Shown: piece by piece, positions 28,001 through 40,000 of the stretch
How positions within the stretch are numbered: position 1 is the stretch's first letter
How the letters are laid out: the number at the start of each line of letters is the position of its first letter
Made by a program: the position numbers and the translations under genes
Assembly (NCBI GenBank): GCA_000934665.2
Contig: KZ538011.1
Span: forward strand, 62,001 to 126,000
From: Catajapyx aquilonaris
Lineage: Eukaryota
Reading direction: 5' to 3'
Length of the DNA: 64,000 nucleotides
Notes under the pieces: generated by a model
What the model was told of the DNA's origin: nothing
The model's input: the letters and a program-made list of their open reading frames with translations, nothing else
Database searches by the model: none

Positions 28001-31000
28001 ACTCTTATGGAATATGACGGCAAATGGAAGATCAATCCTTGATTTTTGAAGAATTGAGTTGACACATCCGAAGCTCCCGTGGGAACTAAACTGAGCTAAG
28101 CATTACGTAACATACCAGCTGCTAAAAATGGATATGTCCAGATCATGGTATGGCCAATTAGAGTGTGAATATGACCCACGGAAACAATTTGGCTCCTTAA
28201 TAGACTCTGCACATTGGAAACAATGGAGTGCGTTGGCAAGTTTGTAGGTGTAAGCACCCTCGGAGGCAGCAATATTGCGCCACCTGAGCCACATAAAACC
28301 ACTCTTTTCGATCTGTCCTCCCAACCCTCCCTAGGTTTTAACGAGTTTCCGATACCCCCACCGAGCCTCCGAACCGCAATGAAATTGCGGAGTCGCCTTG
28401 TCACATCCGAGCATCGGGCGTGAAGCTACAGATACTCGGTTTTTGTGAGGCCAAAACGTCATTCAATTCCCGATGATCATGCACATAAAAGCGGAACCAG
28501 AACCCCCCTTTTTATTCATCCATGGATGGCCTTTGATGATTAGCTGCATCAACAACATTTCTGAGCCGTCCTATGTTTTTTTTACGCTGAGTTCTGATGC
28601 AAATTGCGTCCTTTGATGCTCCTGAGCGATAGTGGACAATCAGAAAGAATCGAAATGGAAAAAAAGAATTGCGATTAGTTTGAGCACATGCTGATTGCGT
28701 TTTTTTTGTACCCTGGGGTTTTCATTTCCGGGGTCATTTTTCTACTGTTGGTTCGTCCGCTCTCTGATGGCGCTGTATTTTTTTCAATTAAGTGCACGGA
28801 TTCTTTATTATTGCTAGTGTGTAACCCACTCTATCAAAGGGCTGGCTTTCCTTTGATTTGGGCGCGACAAACGTGTTCATTTTGGAAGCCTGTGTCAATA
28901 TAGTTGCGAATTCCCTAAACGCAGTTTAAGCCCCGATTGGAGCACAGCCGTCGCTGGATGCTGATATAAAAAAAGAGGCAGAAACATGGAGCGGTGATGA
29001 AGTGAGTTCTCCAGGAGAAGCGCATCCGTCTTGCTGTTAAGGCTGCAAAATGGGAAGCAAAAGTTTTTGCCCATTTTTTTTTGCGGCAGGAGCACTCTCG
29101 CCTTGCCAGTCCAGCGGGTGATGGAAGCAGGAAAAAGGAATAACTATCAATTTCGCACGCCTTTTTAAGAATGATTTCTAGAGTCTTGATAAATGCTACC
29201 TTAGGACTAGCCATCCATTTTGTGTGGGTGGGTCTTTAAACAATTCGGATTTTTTGGGGGGAGAAAAATTCGGTGCTAATCCAGTATCAAATCCTGACAA
29301 CAACGCTTGTGCCACTTAATTAAATGTTGGGAGATGAAATTCCAGAGAATGAAGATGCTCTTCTCTTTTTTTTGGAGCAAATTTATTGACGGTTATACGT
29401 TTTCCTTGGGCTCTTTTCCTATTTTGATGACGAAACCTGTATATATCAGCTGCGAAATGAGGCTGTCAAAAGGAGGAGTGAGGGAAAATTGACATAATGG
29501 GACAAGAAGGTAAAAAGGGAAGATCCGCTCAAAAAAATGACTGCCGGGAGAGACGAAGTGCTTTTGCGCGCTTCTCACGAAACGCAATCCAAAAAAATGC
29601 CAAGCCCAAAGATTTACACTTCATCAGGACAAGAACCATGCTCAAATGTAACTCATTAACTAGATAGGAATTTTTCATTTTCATACACTGCAACATTTGC
29701 TAATCCATTCAGTGTCTGAACAATATTATTGAACACCAGTACACGTATAGGGGCCGATGGAATTGCCTCGGAGGCAAATTTGTTTTCCCCTCGGAGTGAC
29801 GGACCTTTAATCGAGAAGATTGCGTTTATGTATGCTTATAGAATTCCATTAGTCGCAGGTAAGAGGAGGGAAACTGGGTTTTCTACGCCTTTAACGAGGA
29901 AAGTTTAACAGGAAAAAGGCCCGAGTTAAAGGATTGCCTTGCAGGAATCCACATTCCCCTATGCAAATGTATACGTCCCAGATATTTCACCGCCGGCTAC
30001 TCCACCCAACGCAGCACTGATTCAGGATTTTCTCTGGTTAGAAATTTTCCTTCTCACAGCCAATTTGCGAAAGCCCTGTGTGCGAAATCCGCATATTTTT
30101 GCAGATGCCAGTAGTAAACTGGCAGCACCTTCAAGTGGACCTCCCTTCAAATTCTCCGAATCGGTTTGTGCCCTTGCGGATAATAAGTTCGTTAAATGGC
30201 AACTTCTCCAAGTTTGGTGATTTCTCAGTCGTATTATTCCATTGTCACATTCACCCCATTAGCGTTTTCGCTCCAATAAAGTTTTCCAACTTTGTCCTGA
30301 GAGTTGCTGCGACTGTAAGGCACAAACCTGATTAAGGAAAGTTGCAGACGTTCCCCCTCCTCCCAACCCTTCTCCAACCAACCCTCCTTGAAAACTCGTG
30401 GTGTATAAGTGAACATCGCCCGGCTTCATTTTCACCCCTCTCTTCTTTCTGTGACAGGTGTTCCAGAGGTACTTAACCTTCTGCGGAATAGGCATCCAAA
30501 ATGCGCAGCTTTTCGAAATGTCAGTGGCGGAGTACAGGAGGAATCAGGTGAGCTTCTCTTTTTTTGTGCTTCCATCTCTCTCTCTCTTAGTTCTCTGTTG
30601 GTAGACTTTTGGTATTCAGATTGCACTGCGGGAGTGGTGGGAGGATAGAAAATTTTCCATGGCTGGAAGGGCTGGCTGCGCGACCTACTCGGGTCTCAAT
30701 TCCCGAAACTTGCAAATTGGAATAAATGGAACCGCGGGTAGTGAATAGGGAGTCTGATGGAGACTGGGGGTTGGGAAAATGCCTTGGGGAAAAAAATGGC
30801 ATACCGATGGTAAAAATAGACTCTGGATGAATTACATCGGCCACATTTTTAAAAAAATGCCTCTCTCTCTCATGATGTGCAGCTCCTGTTGAACCTGGCT
30901 CGCAGCATCTTTGAGGAGCAGACCAGTCTGGAAAGGCTAGTGACCAAGATCATGACCGAGGCGAAGGAGCTGCTCAAATGCGAACATTGCGCCGTGTTCC

Positions 31001-34000
31001 TGTTGGACGTCCATATGTACGAAGCCGTAAGTACATGGTTACACATAATTATTGATAGCTAATAATAAGCGATTTATTTATATTGTGAGGATGGCACTTG
31101 ACTCTTACTACAGCTCATTTTACATTTGCATTGTTGCCAGTTTACGCCTTTTGCACTTTCCTAAACTGATACTGTAAGTGGGCCAGACGGTTTTCATTGC
31201 CATTTTTTACTGCACCAAGTAACCAGCAGGGATGAGAATCCAAGGACCGTTGATTCTTGGCCTGATCCATTATTACTATTATCATCATCCTCCCCCCACC
31301 ATTTTCCTCCCCACCAACTGTGGATCGATTCAATTCTCTTGGTGGAATTTCCATCATTTTCTCTTCTTACCTCATTCCAGCCCTTACCAGAAACCTCTTT
31401 TGAGTGGAAGTGAATGACTGGCTGCCTTTCGCACAAAGGGGATCATTCTGACTGCGTAGATTGATTCCATCATGTGAAGTTCCCTTCCTCTTTGTATGTG
31501 CTAGTGCGGTCTGGGGGGATATATAGCACTGTAGTCCCCCTTTTTGGAAGATAAGTAATAAGGGATGGACGTGCACGAGTAGGAAAGAAGAGTGACGCTC
31601 GGGTTTTTACGTCACTCGAGTGAAGCCAATATATTTGTAAATTGAGGTTGGGGGTTGGGACAATTTTCTGAAGAGGGAATTTCCTTCTGGCAGAAGCACT
31701 GTTTTGTGGCCTCTTTGCTGCCATCTGCTCCTGGAAAACGTTGCCACTGCTTTAATGATCACTTGGAAAACCTAGCTAATGGGATGGGCTCTCCCCCCCN
31801 CTCCCCCCCCCCCCCCCTTTTTGTGAGGGTATAGGAATCGTTGCAGTATACAGCAGGGAGCGTGGAAACCAATATTTCGTTACCAATTTTAGTTGGCTCT
31901 TAATGTGGGATATTAATTAGGCTCTGCACGAGGCCTGGAGTTGAGAAACACGCCCTTTTATTATCTCGTTGGTGGAAGTGCATGAACTAGCAAAAAAATT
32001 ATTATCGAGGCATTTTTATAAAGCAATAAATATTTCTTAGCGAGTGATCCGGAAATGAGCTATACTTTTACTTTTAGAAATTCTATTTGAGGAAAAGCAG
32101 GACACAATTTCAGTAAATAAATCAGTGTTTATCACTATATTAAATCCCAGCTGGCATGTTAATAATTTTTATGATTACTGATGATAGTGATGAACTTCAC
32201 TAACGTTACGAAAAATGATATGAGATCACACTATTGCTTGTGAATTTAATCTATGCCATGTAAAACTCTCACTTGTATAATCAACTATGAAGCAAATGAA
32301 CGTGTGTATTTAATACAGAATGGAAGCCCCATCATCACAATGAGAAAAAACAACAGGTTATCATACATTTCTTGCAACTTATTGTTAAAATTCCAGATTT
32401 TTTGCTCCCCTCATTACCATCACTCGAGCACATCAACCGTTGGGCGGTTATCGAAGAGTGTCATCGACACCCGATCTTCTTTAAAAGGAAAAAAAAGGAG
32501 AGAGAGAGCATTTTCTCCTTCCCTTCTCGCCTCCAGTAACCGATAGCTCTGTCAATTTCGCACCGCAGATTTGATACCCTTTAAGCCAGCTTGAGACGAG
32601 CAATTCTGTGCAGGGAAGCGACATGTCTGCGAAAATTTCCCAGGTGACACGTCCGTCTCTCAGTGTTCATTATGGGGCCCCCAGGAAAACGGAAGCTGGA
32701 TGAGTGAGAAGAGTATATAAATAGGGCCCACCTAACTCCCTTTTAGCGAGATCTCGTATATTGTGTGTCGAATAGAGACGTATATCTCCTAGCTCCAGGC
32801 CGATTTGCCCATCACTTAGGACGGACTTGCAGTAAATCGAAACCACTCTCTCTCTGGCGAGCTCCAGTTATTTTATCAGCTCTGCTCAACCGACCGGATT
32901 AAAACGGAAGGTGCTGAAGTTGGGACCGGACAGTAAGTCCCTCTGGAAATGTTAATGACCCGGCTTTGGTCACAATACTGTCCAAATTACCCGTCCGCTA
33001 TCAGTTTTGCCGCATGCGGAGACTAACAAGACTGATTCAAAGACTGTTATTCAGAGATGGAAGGGGGGCAAAGGGAGGGGTGTAAAATTGGTGCAGTTTG
33101 AAGTGGGCTCGTTTTCCTGGCTCGTAATGGCTTCAGGGGTTATTTACCTCACCGCGGGAGACTCACGAAGTACAAAGAGAAAACAAGGGTCGCAATCAAA
33201 GTGACAGTCTCCTTTGCTCAAAGGCGTCGCATGCTTCTTATTGGAATGTCGTCAACCTCCCCTTTCCTCCTCTCCTTTTTTTTGTCCCCCCCCCTATCTG
33301 TCTGTTGCGTCTCTGGAGAATGTAGCAGTGCCACTGCGTAAATGGCACACAAAGGATCTCATTGTGCCCCTGAGTACGGTGCAACGAGCAGAACAAAAGA
33401 GAAGGTTGGGTTGCAGAACGGGCAAGGATAATGTAAGACCGGAGAGGCCGTATAGTGGAAATGAGATGCAATCAGGTTTGGAGCTCACTAGGTCCTGTTA
33501 GGCAAATTGGGACGACATTGTGCTCTAAATAATTTGACAAAGACAGCTTTTTTTTTAAACGATAAAGGAAGAAAATAGAGCGTGATCGGACTTTTTAAGC
33601 TAAACTCTCGCCGTACACGGTGGTGGAAAAGGTGCTCATTTTCAATCGGATTTCAGTTTGGTAATTACTAATTACAACTAGTAGAATATACCTGCTTGGC
33701 TTACGATGGCAATTCCTAATGTAATAAAAACAGCTACAATATTGTAAAATGCAACTATGCTATAACAAATGTTCCAAAGCTTAAAACGTTTCAGTGCATT
33801 GCAGCTGTCGGCGTATATATACTGTCGTAGCCGCATAGCGAAATTGGGCACTTCCTGAAATTAATGTCTACCCATATTGGATACATGCTGTATAGTGCAA
33901 TCTCCCGTGAAGAATTACAGCATGTGCCAAGAAATATTGGACTGTTCGCGAAGTGCCAGCAACGGGTTGGACTGATGCCGTAATTCGGAATCTGTCCAGT

Positions 34001-37000
34001 CGGCATGAGCCACTTTTTGTCGGGGTGGCGTTGGACACATATATAGGAGAAGGTGATGCCTCTCTCCCAGTGCAGTTTGGCACATACAGTCGGTGGAACC
34101 ACACACGCTTCCAGGAGTGAGGTAGGAATGTTTTTTCATCAGAAGAATTAAGGCAGAGCTTGTAGAGGCAGCTGAATTTTCCTACGTTCTTGTTTTCTTT
34201 CTTTTTCAGCTGCGACCTAGTTTGTATACAACGTGAATAATAGTGCTTTGGTCAAATGAGTGGGAATTCAAATGACACTGACGAACAACCAGTAGTAATT
34301 GACAAATCTGCATTTTACAAGAAACTTGATGCGTACTACGTGGAGAAGCCGAAGAAGCAACCACCCTCGAGGGAAAAAATGGAGACCATGAAGAGGGAAA
34401 TCATCGATGCTAAGGAAAAGAGGTAAGTTTATTTGCGTTTCATCCAAATTGTTATACTTGCCCAACACCAGTGTAGTTCGCCCACCCACAAAAATGGACA
34501 GGTTGGGCAATAAACAAAATGCGATAAAAATCACCGTTAAGATTTTAATATCTGGACTTTAAAATAAGTAACACTATGCAACAAAATTTGACTTTTTTGT
34601 CCATGTAAATTAATATTCGTGTTCCTTAGGTCACAAGTAACTCATAATGGGCATTCATTTTGTCTTTGATTTGTTTTTTTACCTCGGGGCAGGCAAAAAA
34701 CCAAAGTCCTCAAATATAGCAGTTATTTCCCAATCAAGCTGGCCTAAATGTTGCTAAACCATCTCGGATTTTTCTGAAAATAACCACAGCTGTACACACC
34801 TATGCCGTAACACTGAATATCACGTTTCAGCCAAATTGCGAAATACCGTGGGGAGGGAAAAATTGCGAAGATTTGAAAATGGGTCCTTTTTTGGATATTT
34901 TTTTTTGGTTATTGAAAGTGGTCAAGACCCAATCAACATATACATCAAATTAAAGAGACACTCGAGTAGAAGGCGTCTATGGATTTTTTTCTGTAAAATG
35001 CACTCAGAAAAGCATGTGTGGCATTCCATCTGTCACATGCTCAGTAACATGTCCAAGTGTTTTTTGACCCATAAAAAATGTAATATGTTCAGTTTCAATC
35101 CTGGGTCATGCATGGTTCGCGAGAAAATATTATATAATAATAATAATAAATAATAATAATAATAATAATTGTGGGGGTAGTGCTCACCCTCAGGGTATCT
35201 GCACGAACCTTTATTATTTTATTATTTTTAGTACAAATTGTACATCGAAACCTTTAACGAAGCGCCCGGGCCCACGGGCAGGATGACAGGAGGGGATGTG
35301 CAAAGTGCAGTGCAATGTCTGATCCGTGGTCGTTTTGTGAATTCCCTCGGGTGGTTAGTCTAAGGAGCCACCCAAGACGAAGCCAGAGACGACCGCTCAA
35401 CTCTGCACGAGATGAAGGGGGGTGTCCCCGGGCTGGGATATTATATATTATGTTTTCCTAATTACCAGTAATTTTAATGGAGCCATATTCTTGGACATGT
35501 GACTGATGAAATGTCACACATGTTTTCTGAATGCATTTTCCAGAAACACAAATTCCATAGACGCCTTCTACTCGCGTGCCTCTTTAATTTGATGTAATTA
35601 CGTATATGTTGATTGGGTCTTGACCACTTCCAAGAACCGAAAAAAAAATCCAAAAAAGGGCCCATTTTCAAAATTTTGCGATTTTTCCCCCTCCCCACAG
35701 TATTTCGCAATTTGGTTGAAACGTGATATGCCGTGTTACGGCACCCCCTACATTTTCGACTTGTTTTGGCCCAAGGAATACGCTGAGGGCCGCTGGCTGG
35801 ACTAGTAACAAACACCCTGCTATGGTTGATTGATTATACACCTTTTCTCTCGTTGCAGAGGGACAAAGACTAGAAGAGAATATCATCTCCTGAAAACGTA
35901 CAATACCTTGACAATAGGCAAAACGTCGCACCTGATCAAGAAGACCGGCAACGTTAATGATATCGAATATTTAGTGCCGTACGAGGACATTTACGACTCC
36001 ATTTATGACTGTCACGTAAACAAAACAGGGCATGGAGGGCGAGGGAAGATGGAGAGGTACTTCATGAAAAAATTCAGCATACCACGACCAGCACTCTTGA
36101 TTTTCCTGTCGTGCTGCCGCTCGTGCAACAAAAAGAGGTATTCTTCAAGAAAATGTGTGATTCGGCCAGTTCTGTCGAACGACTTTGGTGACCGGGGTCA
36201 AGTTGACCTGATCGACTTCCGGTCTATGCCAGATCGCGATTTTAAGTGGATTTTGAACTACCAAGATCATGCTACCAAGTTTGTTGTTCTTCGACCACTC
36301 AGATCGAAGCGTGCTCTGGAGGTTGCTGAGGAACTTCTTCAAATATTTCTTCTTGTTGGAGCTCCAAGGATATTGCATAGCGATAATGGGAGGGAATTCG
36401 TCAGCCAAGTGATCCAGGTCTTGCACGACATGTGGCCGGAGGCAATCATGGTACATGGACGACCAAGGCATCCCAAAAGTCAAGGGAGCATCGAAACCAA
36501 CCAGGACGTGGTAAATATGCTGCGAGCTTGGATGACCGACACAGGCAGTAAGAAATGGTCTGCAGGCCTCAGTTTTGTACAGTGGCAAAAGAATAGCTCC
36601 TACAACCGCATTATTGGACGGTCACCATACAAAGCAGTGTATGGTTATGATCCAAAACTCGGACTCGCTTCCACTACATTGCCTCTCTCCATGTCACGGA
36701 GTCTGGAAACTGAAGAAGATTTGCGAAGTGTCCAACAAGTAGCTGACGAAGATGTTGACGGTGATATGGAAGACAAAGGCTATGAACAAGAAGAGGGAGA
36801 TCATGATTTTAACGACAGTACCGTCATGGAGGTTCATGACGAACATGAAAGTGCAAGTGCAAATATATTCGAGTGTGCCACAACCACAGAAGACGAAGGA
36901 AGGGTATGCTGCGCTTGTTCCCTGGCAATCAATGATCCTGAATTTGAATGTGAGTCATGCAAGCAACCCTGTCATTTCTCATGCAAGTTGTCATCAAGTT

Positions 37001-40000
37001 CCAGCGACGTGCGTCTGCTGTGCGCTCTGTGCACGCACGCAGACAAAATTCAAGAAATTAAAGAGGACTACGAATGAAAATAATTGCAACAGACAAAATG
37101 TTGAAGGCCTCCACTACAGAGCTGTCAGTTAGGGAGGCCATGAGGAAAAGCTCCTGGGGGCAAGGATTCCTCAAATGTGAATGCAGGCCGCCCACCAAGC
37201 AGTGTGCAACAAGGAGATGTGTCTGTAAGAAGGCAGGACGTCAATGCAATAGCAGGTGCCATGATAGTCTGGCATGCGTGAACAAGTAGGGAACATTTCG
37301 GTTGGAAAGGTTACTAAGTGAGGAAAGACATGATATCTGCTGTACAACTTAACAAATGTTCGATGAAATAAATACCATTTTCTTTTCTGACTAAGCGCAA
37401 TGCATTATGCTTCTCCTTCCACCGACTGCATGTGCCTACATGTGTCCAACGCCACCCTGAACACTTCGCGAAGTGTTTAATGTCTACTGGACATATGCTG
37501 AATTACGGCATCAGTCCAACCCGTTGCTGACACTTCTCAAACAGTCCAATAGTTCTATAGGTACATGCTGTAATTATTCACGGGAGATTGCACGTGTCCA
37601 ATATGTGGGTTGACTACTAGACATTTCAGAAAGTGTTCAATTTCGATACGCGGCTACGACATTCCCTTTTGCAACACATCGCATTGTATTCAAATATTAT
37701 GAGACAAAGGCAGCGTTCAAAGGAATTGAGAGCCAATCAGATAAAACGAGTCTCCGATAATCTTCAAACATGTTTTTTTTAAAGGCCCCTCGACACTACA
37801 ACCCTCTTCGAATACTGGTAGACAAAGTAGCTTTGTCGTCTTAAACAATCCCATTCTACTCTCTCCCTTTTTTTTGTCTTTCTGACATCCACGGATTCAG
37901 ACTAACAATCTCCATGCTCCTTTCGTCTCTAATTAGTTTTGACAAAACTTCAACCCTGGGAACCATTCCCTTCCCCTGTGTCCCTCCCTCCCCCTCCAAA
38001 CCCCTAATTACATTAGGAAAGGTAAGACCGGATTTCTTTTCCCTTGAAGTAAGGACGTAGATGTTTGGCCCAGAAAGAAAGCGGAAGGTAATTGGATCAA
38101 GGCACTTTGTACAGGTGCAAAGAGCNNNNNNNNNNCCCCCCCAGAATTATTTGCGTCGGAATCCTCCCTGGCTAATAAGGAAGTCTCGGGTTCATTTATA
38201 TAATTATCTGCTTCTGAATACACTCGGCACAGAGATGGATTCTACGTGTACAAGTATTTTCATGCTTAAAGGACATTTTTGAACTTTACAAATTATTGCG
38301 AAAAAACTGATCATTTCAAACTTCGTTTAATGAATTAAAAGATATTTCGGCCACACAGCACATCTCTAAGCTTGTTACTAGCATCATATGCTATACCTAC
38401 TCGTACAAGATGTTTATATCCGGATGAAATCACCCACACTTACGGATATTATGTGCCTGCAGCAGTCATATGAAATATACTGAATATCTGTGAACCTATG
38501 TCTCTATATATGATTTCAACTTCATGTTTGTAAATTGAACCCTTGTTTCAGAGCGAATTGGAGAAAATGATATTCCAGAAGGCATCTAAGAGGATAGTGG
38601 AACAGCCCAAGGCTTTATGCAGGAGAGAGGTAAGCAATGCTATTCTTGAATTCACTCGGAGCATAGAAATCAAGGTGCCTTAAAACCCAATCCGAATAAC
38701 ACACTGTCGGAGTGACTTTCATGGAGTCGTCTGATATTTATAGTGTTTGGCAATAATGAAGAAAAGGGTTGGGAGAGCAAAAAAAAAGAAGGGGCTCTTC
38801 AGCGATCGGATTTTCACAAAAGGCTGGCTCAAAGTGTAGTCTGTTGATGGAGTTGTAAAGAGCTTTACTGGGCCTAGAAAGCGAAGAGCATTTGAGTGCT
38901 ACGGATAATGATTATGCTGTCAATCCATCTCTCTCCAATGCCTCTCTCAATATGGCCTCGTTCTATTCATTTTCAGAGCAAGACTGTTAGCATAGAAGAC
39001 ATTTTTAAGCAGCAGGTACGTCGCTCGGACATTGCAATATTGTTTGCATACGACCCCTACATGTTCTGTGTGACTTGCAGGGAACTCAATTTCGAATGGT
39101 TTTCGAGATGAGGCCTCAAGATGCAACAGGCGTAGTGCACCGTCCCACAATGGCCGAAGTGGATGTCTCGCCATTGACCAAAGTGGCCAAATACGTGGCC
39201 GCCACAAGTGAGGTCAGTCACCGAAACCGTGTCAAAAATGGCAAATGCTTATGATTTCTGCCACCATATTGTCAGATCCTGAACATTGGCGATGTGGCAG
39301 CTTGGATGAGGGAGCGTCTTCCTCCATTGCTGGTCGGACAAAGCGGGTCTCCAGAGCCAGAAGACGGCGTCAGGCCTTTGGTGGAGATGGTGATGGCCCA
39401 AAAGGCTGCTGCCAGAAGTCTCCTATCCCTTCCGATCTACAACGGTCAGAGGCAGATCATAGGCGTGACCCAGCTTTTGAACAAGGTTGGCCACAGGTTT
39501 TAATAATAACAACATGCGGTCGTTGCAAGCCCGCAACCAAGAGTCGTGTTTGATTGGGATGTCATAGTGGGCTGATTGAGCTTTGATGCATGTTGACTGC
39601 CCTATATTGCATCAAAGGGCATGGTAAAATGGTCTCCCCCCGAGTTTTTATATACTTCTACCGCAATGTGACTGTGTGTATCTGAACCGCCGAGAGAGAA
39701 GAGGAAATTGGGCTGAGCTTGTCAAGAAGCTTTCTTTTTTTTGAGGAGGGCCCGAAAGCAAAATGTCGAAACGTGCTTGGCAACAAGCCATTACCTTGTT
39801 TCTGCTCTACTCCCCCAGGCCAATGGCCAACCTTTCACCGACAGTGACGTCAGCACCTTCGAGGCCTTTGCCATCTTCTGCGGACTCGGGATCCACAACA
39901 CTCAGCTCTACGAGAGTGCATGTGAGCACCCATTTTGGTCCATTTGTAGAGAGCGAGGGAGGCAAATAGAAAAGCTTATTTGAGGCAAAACCTTGGCTGT

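Larger units (their letters stand above)
34256..37289 (+). pseudogene. Spliced DDE integrase/transposase, frameshifted near 37050-37077; join(34256..34422,35859..37077) plus out-of-frame tail to 37289
   Basis: Exon 1 MSGNSND...DAKEK ends AG|gtaagt (phase 2) and joins ttgcag|A GGG in frame. Motifs: HxxxxH..CxxC zinc-binding, [28 protein letters not shown], a Cys/His PHD-like finger and a Cys-rich tail (GQGFLKCEC...CNSRCH..CVNK) in a different frame. AATAAA lies near 37367. Confidence 0.8.
33823..37661 (+). mobile_element. Ginger-like (KRBA2/SCAND3-type integrase) DNA transposon with long imperfect TIRs, inside Pde6 intron 5
   Basis: Termini are TGTCGTAGCCGC...GCGGCTACGACA (TGT..ACA). The left arm (about 33823-34098) is an imperfect reverse complement of the right arm (about 37417-37661), e.g. 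cagcaacgggttggactgatgccgtaattc versus gaattacggcatcagtccaacccgttgctg. The element encloses an rve-type DDE integrase. No TSD is retained (atac versus ttcc). Confidence 0.85.

Noticed and set aside
33819..37665. Target-site duplication for the Ginger-like element
   Set aside because: The flanks atac and ttcc do not match, so no TSD is claimed.
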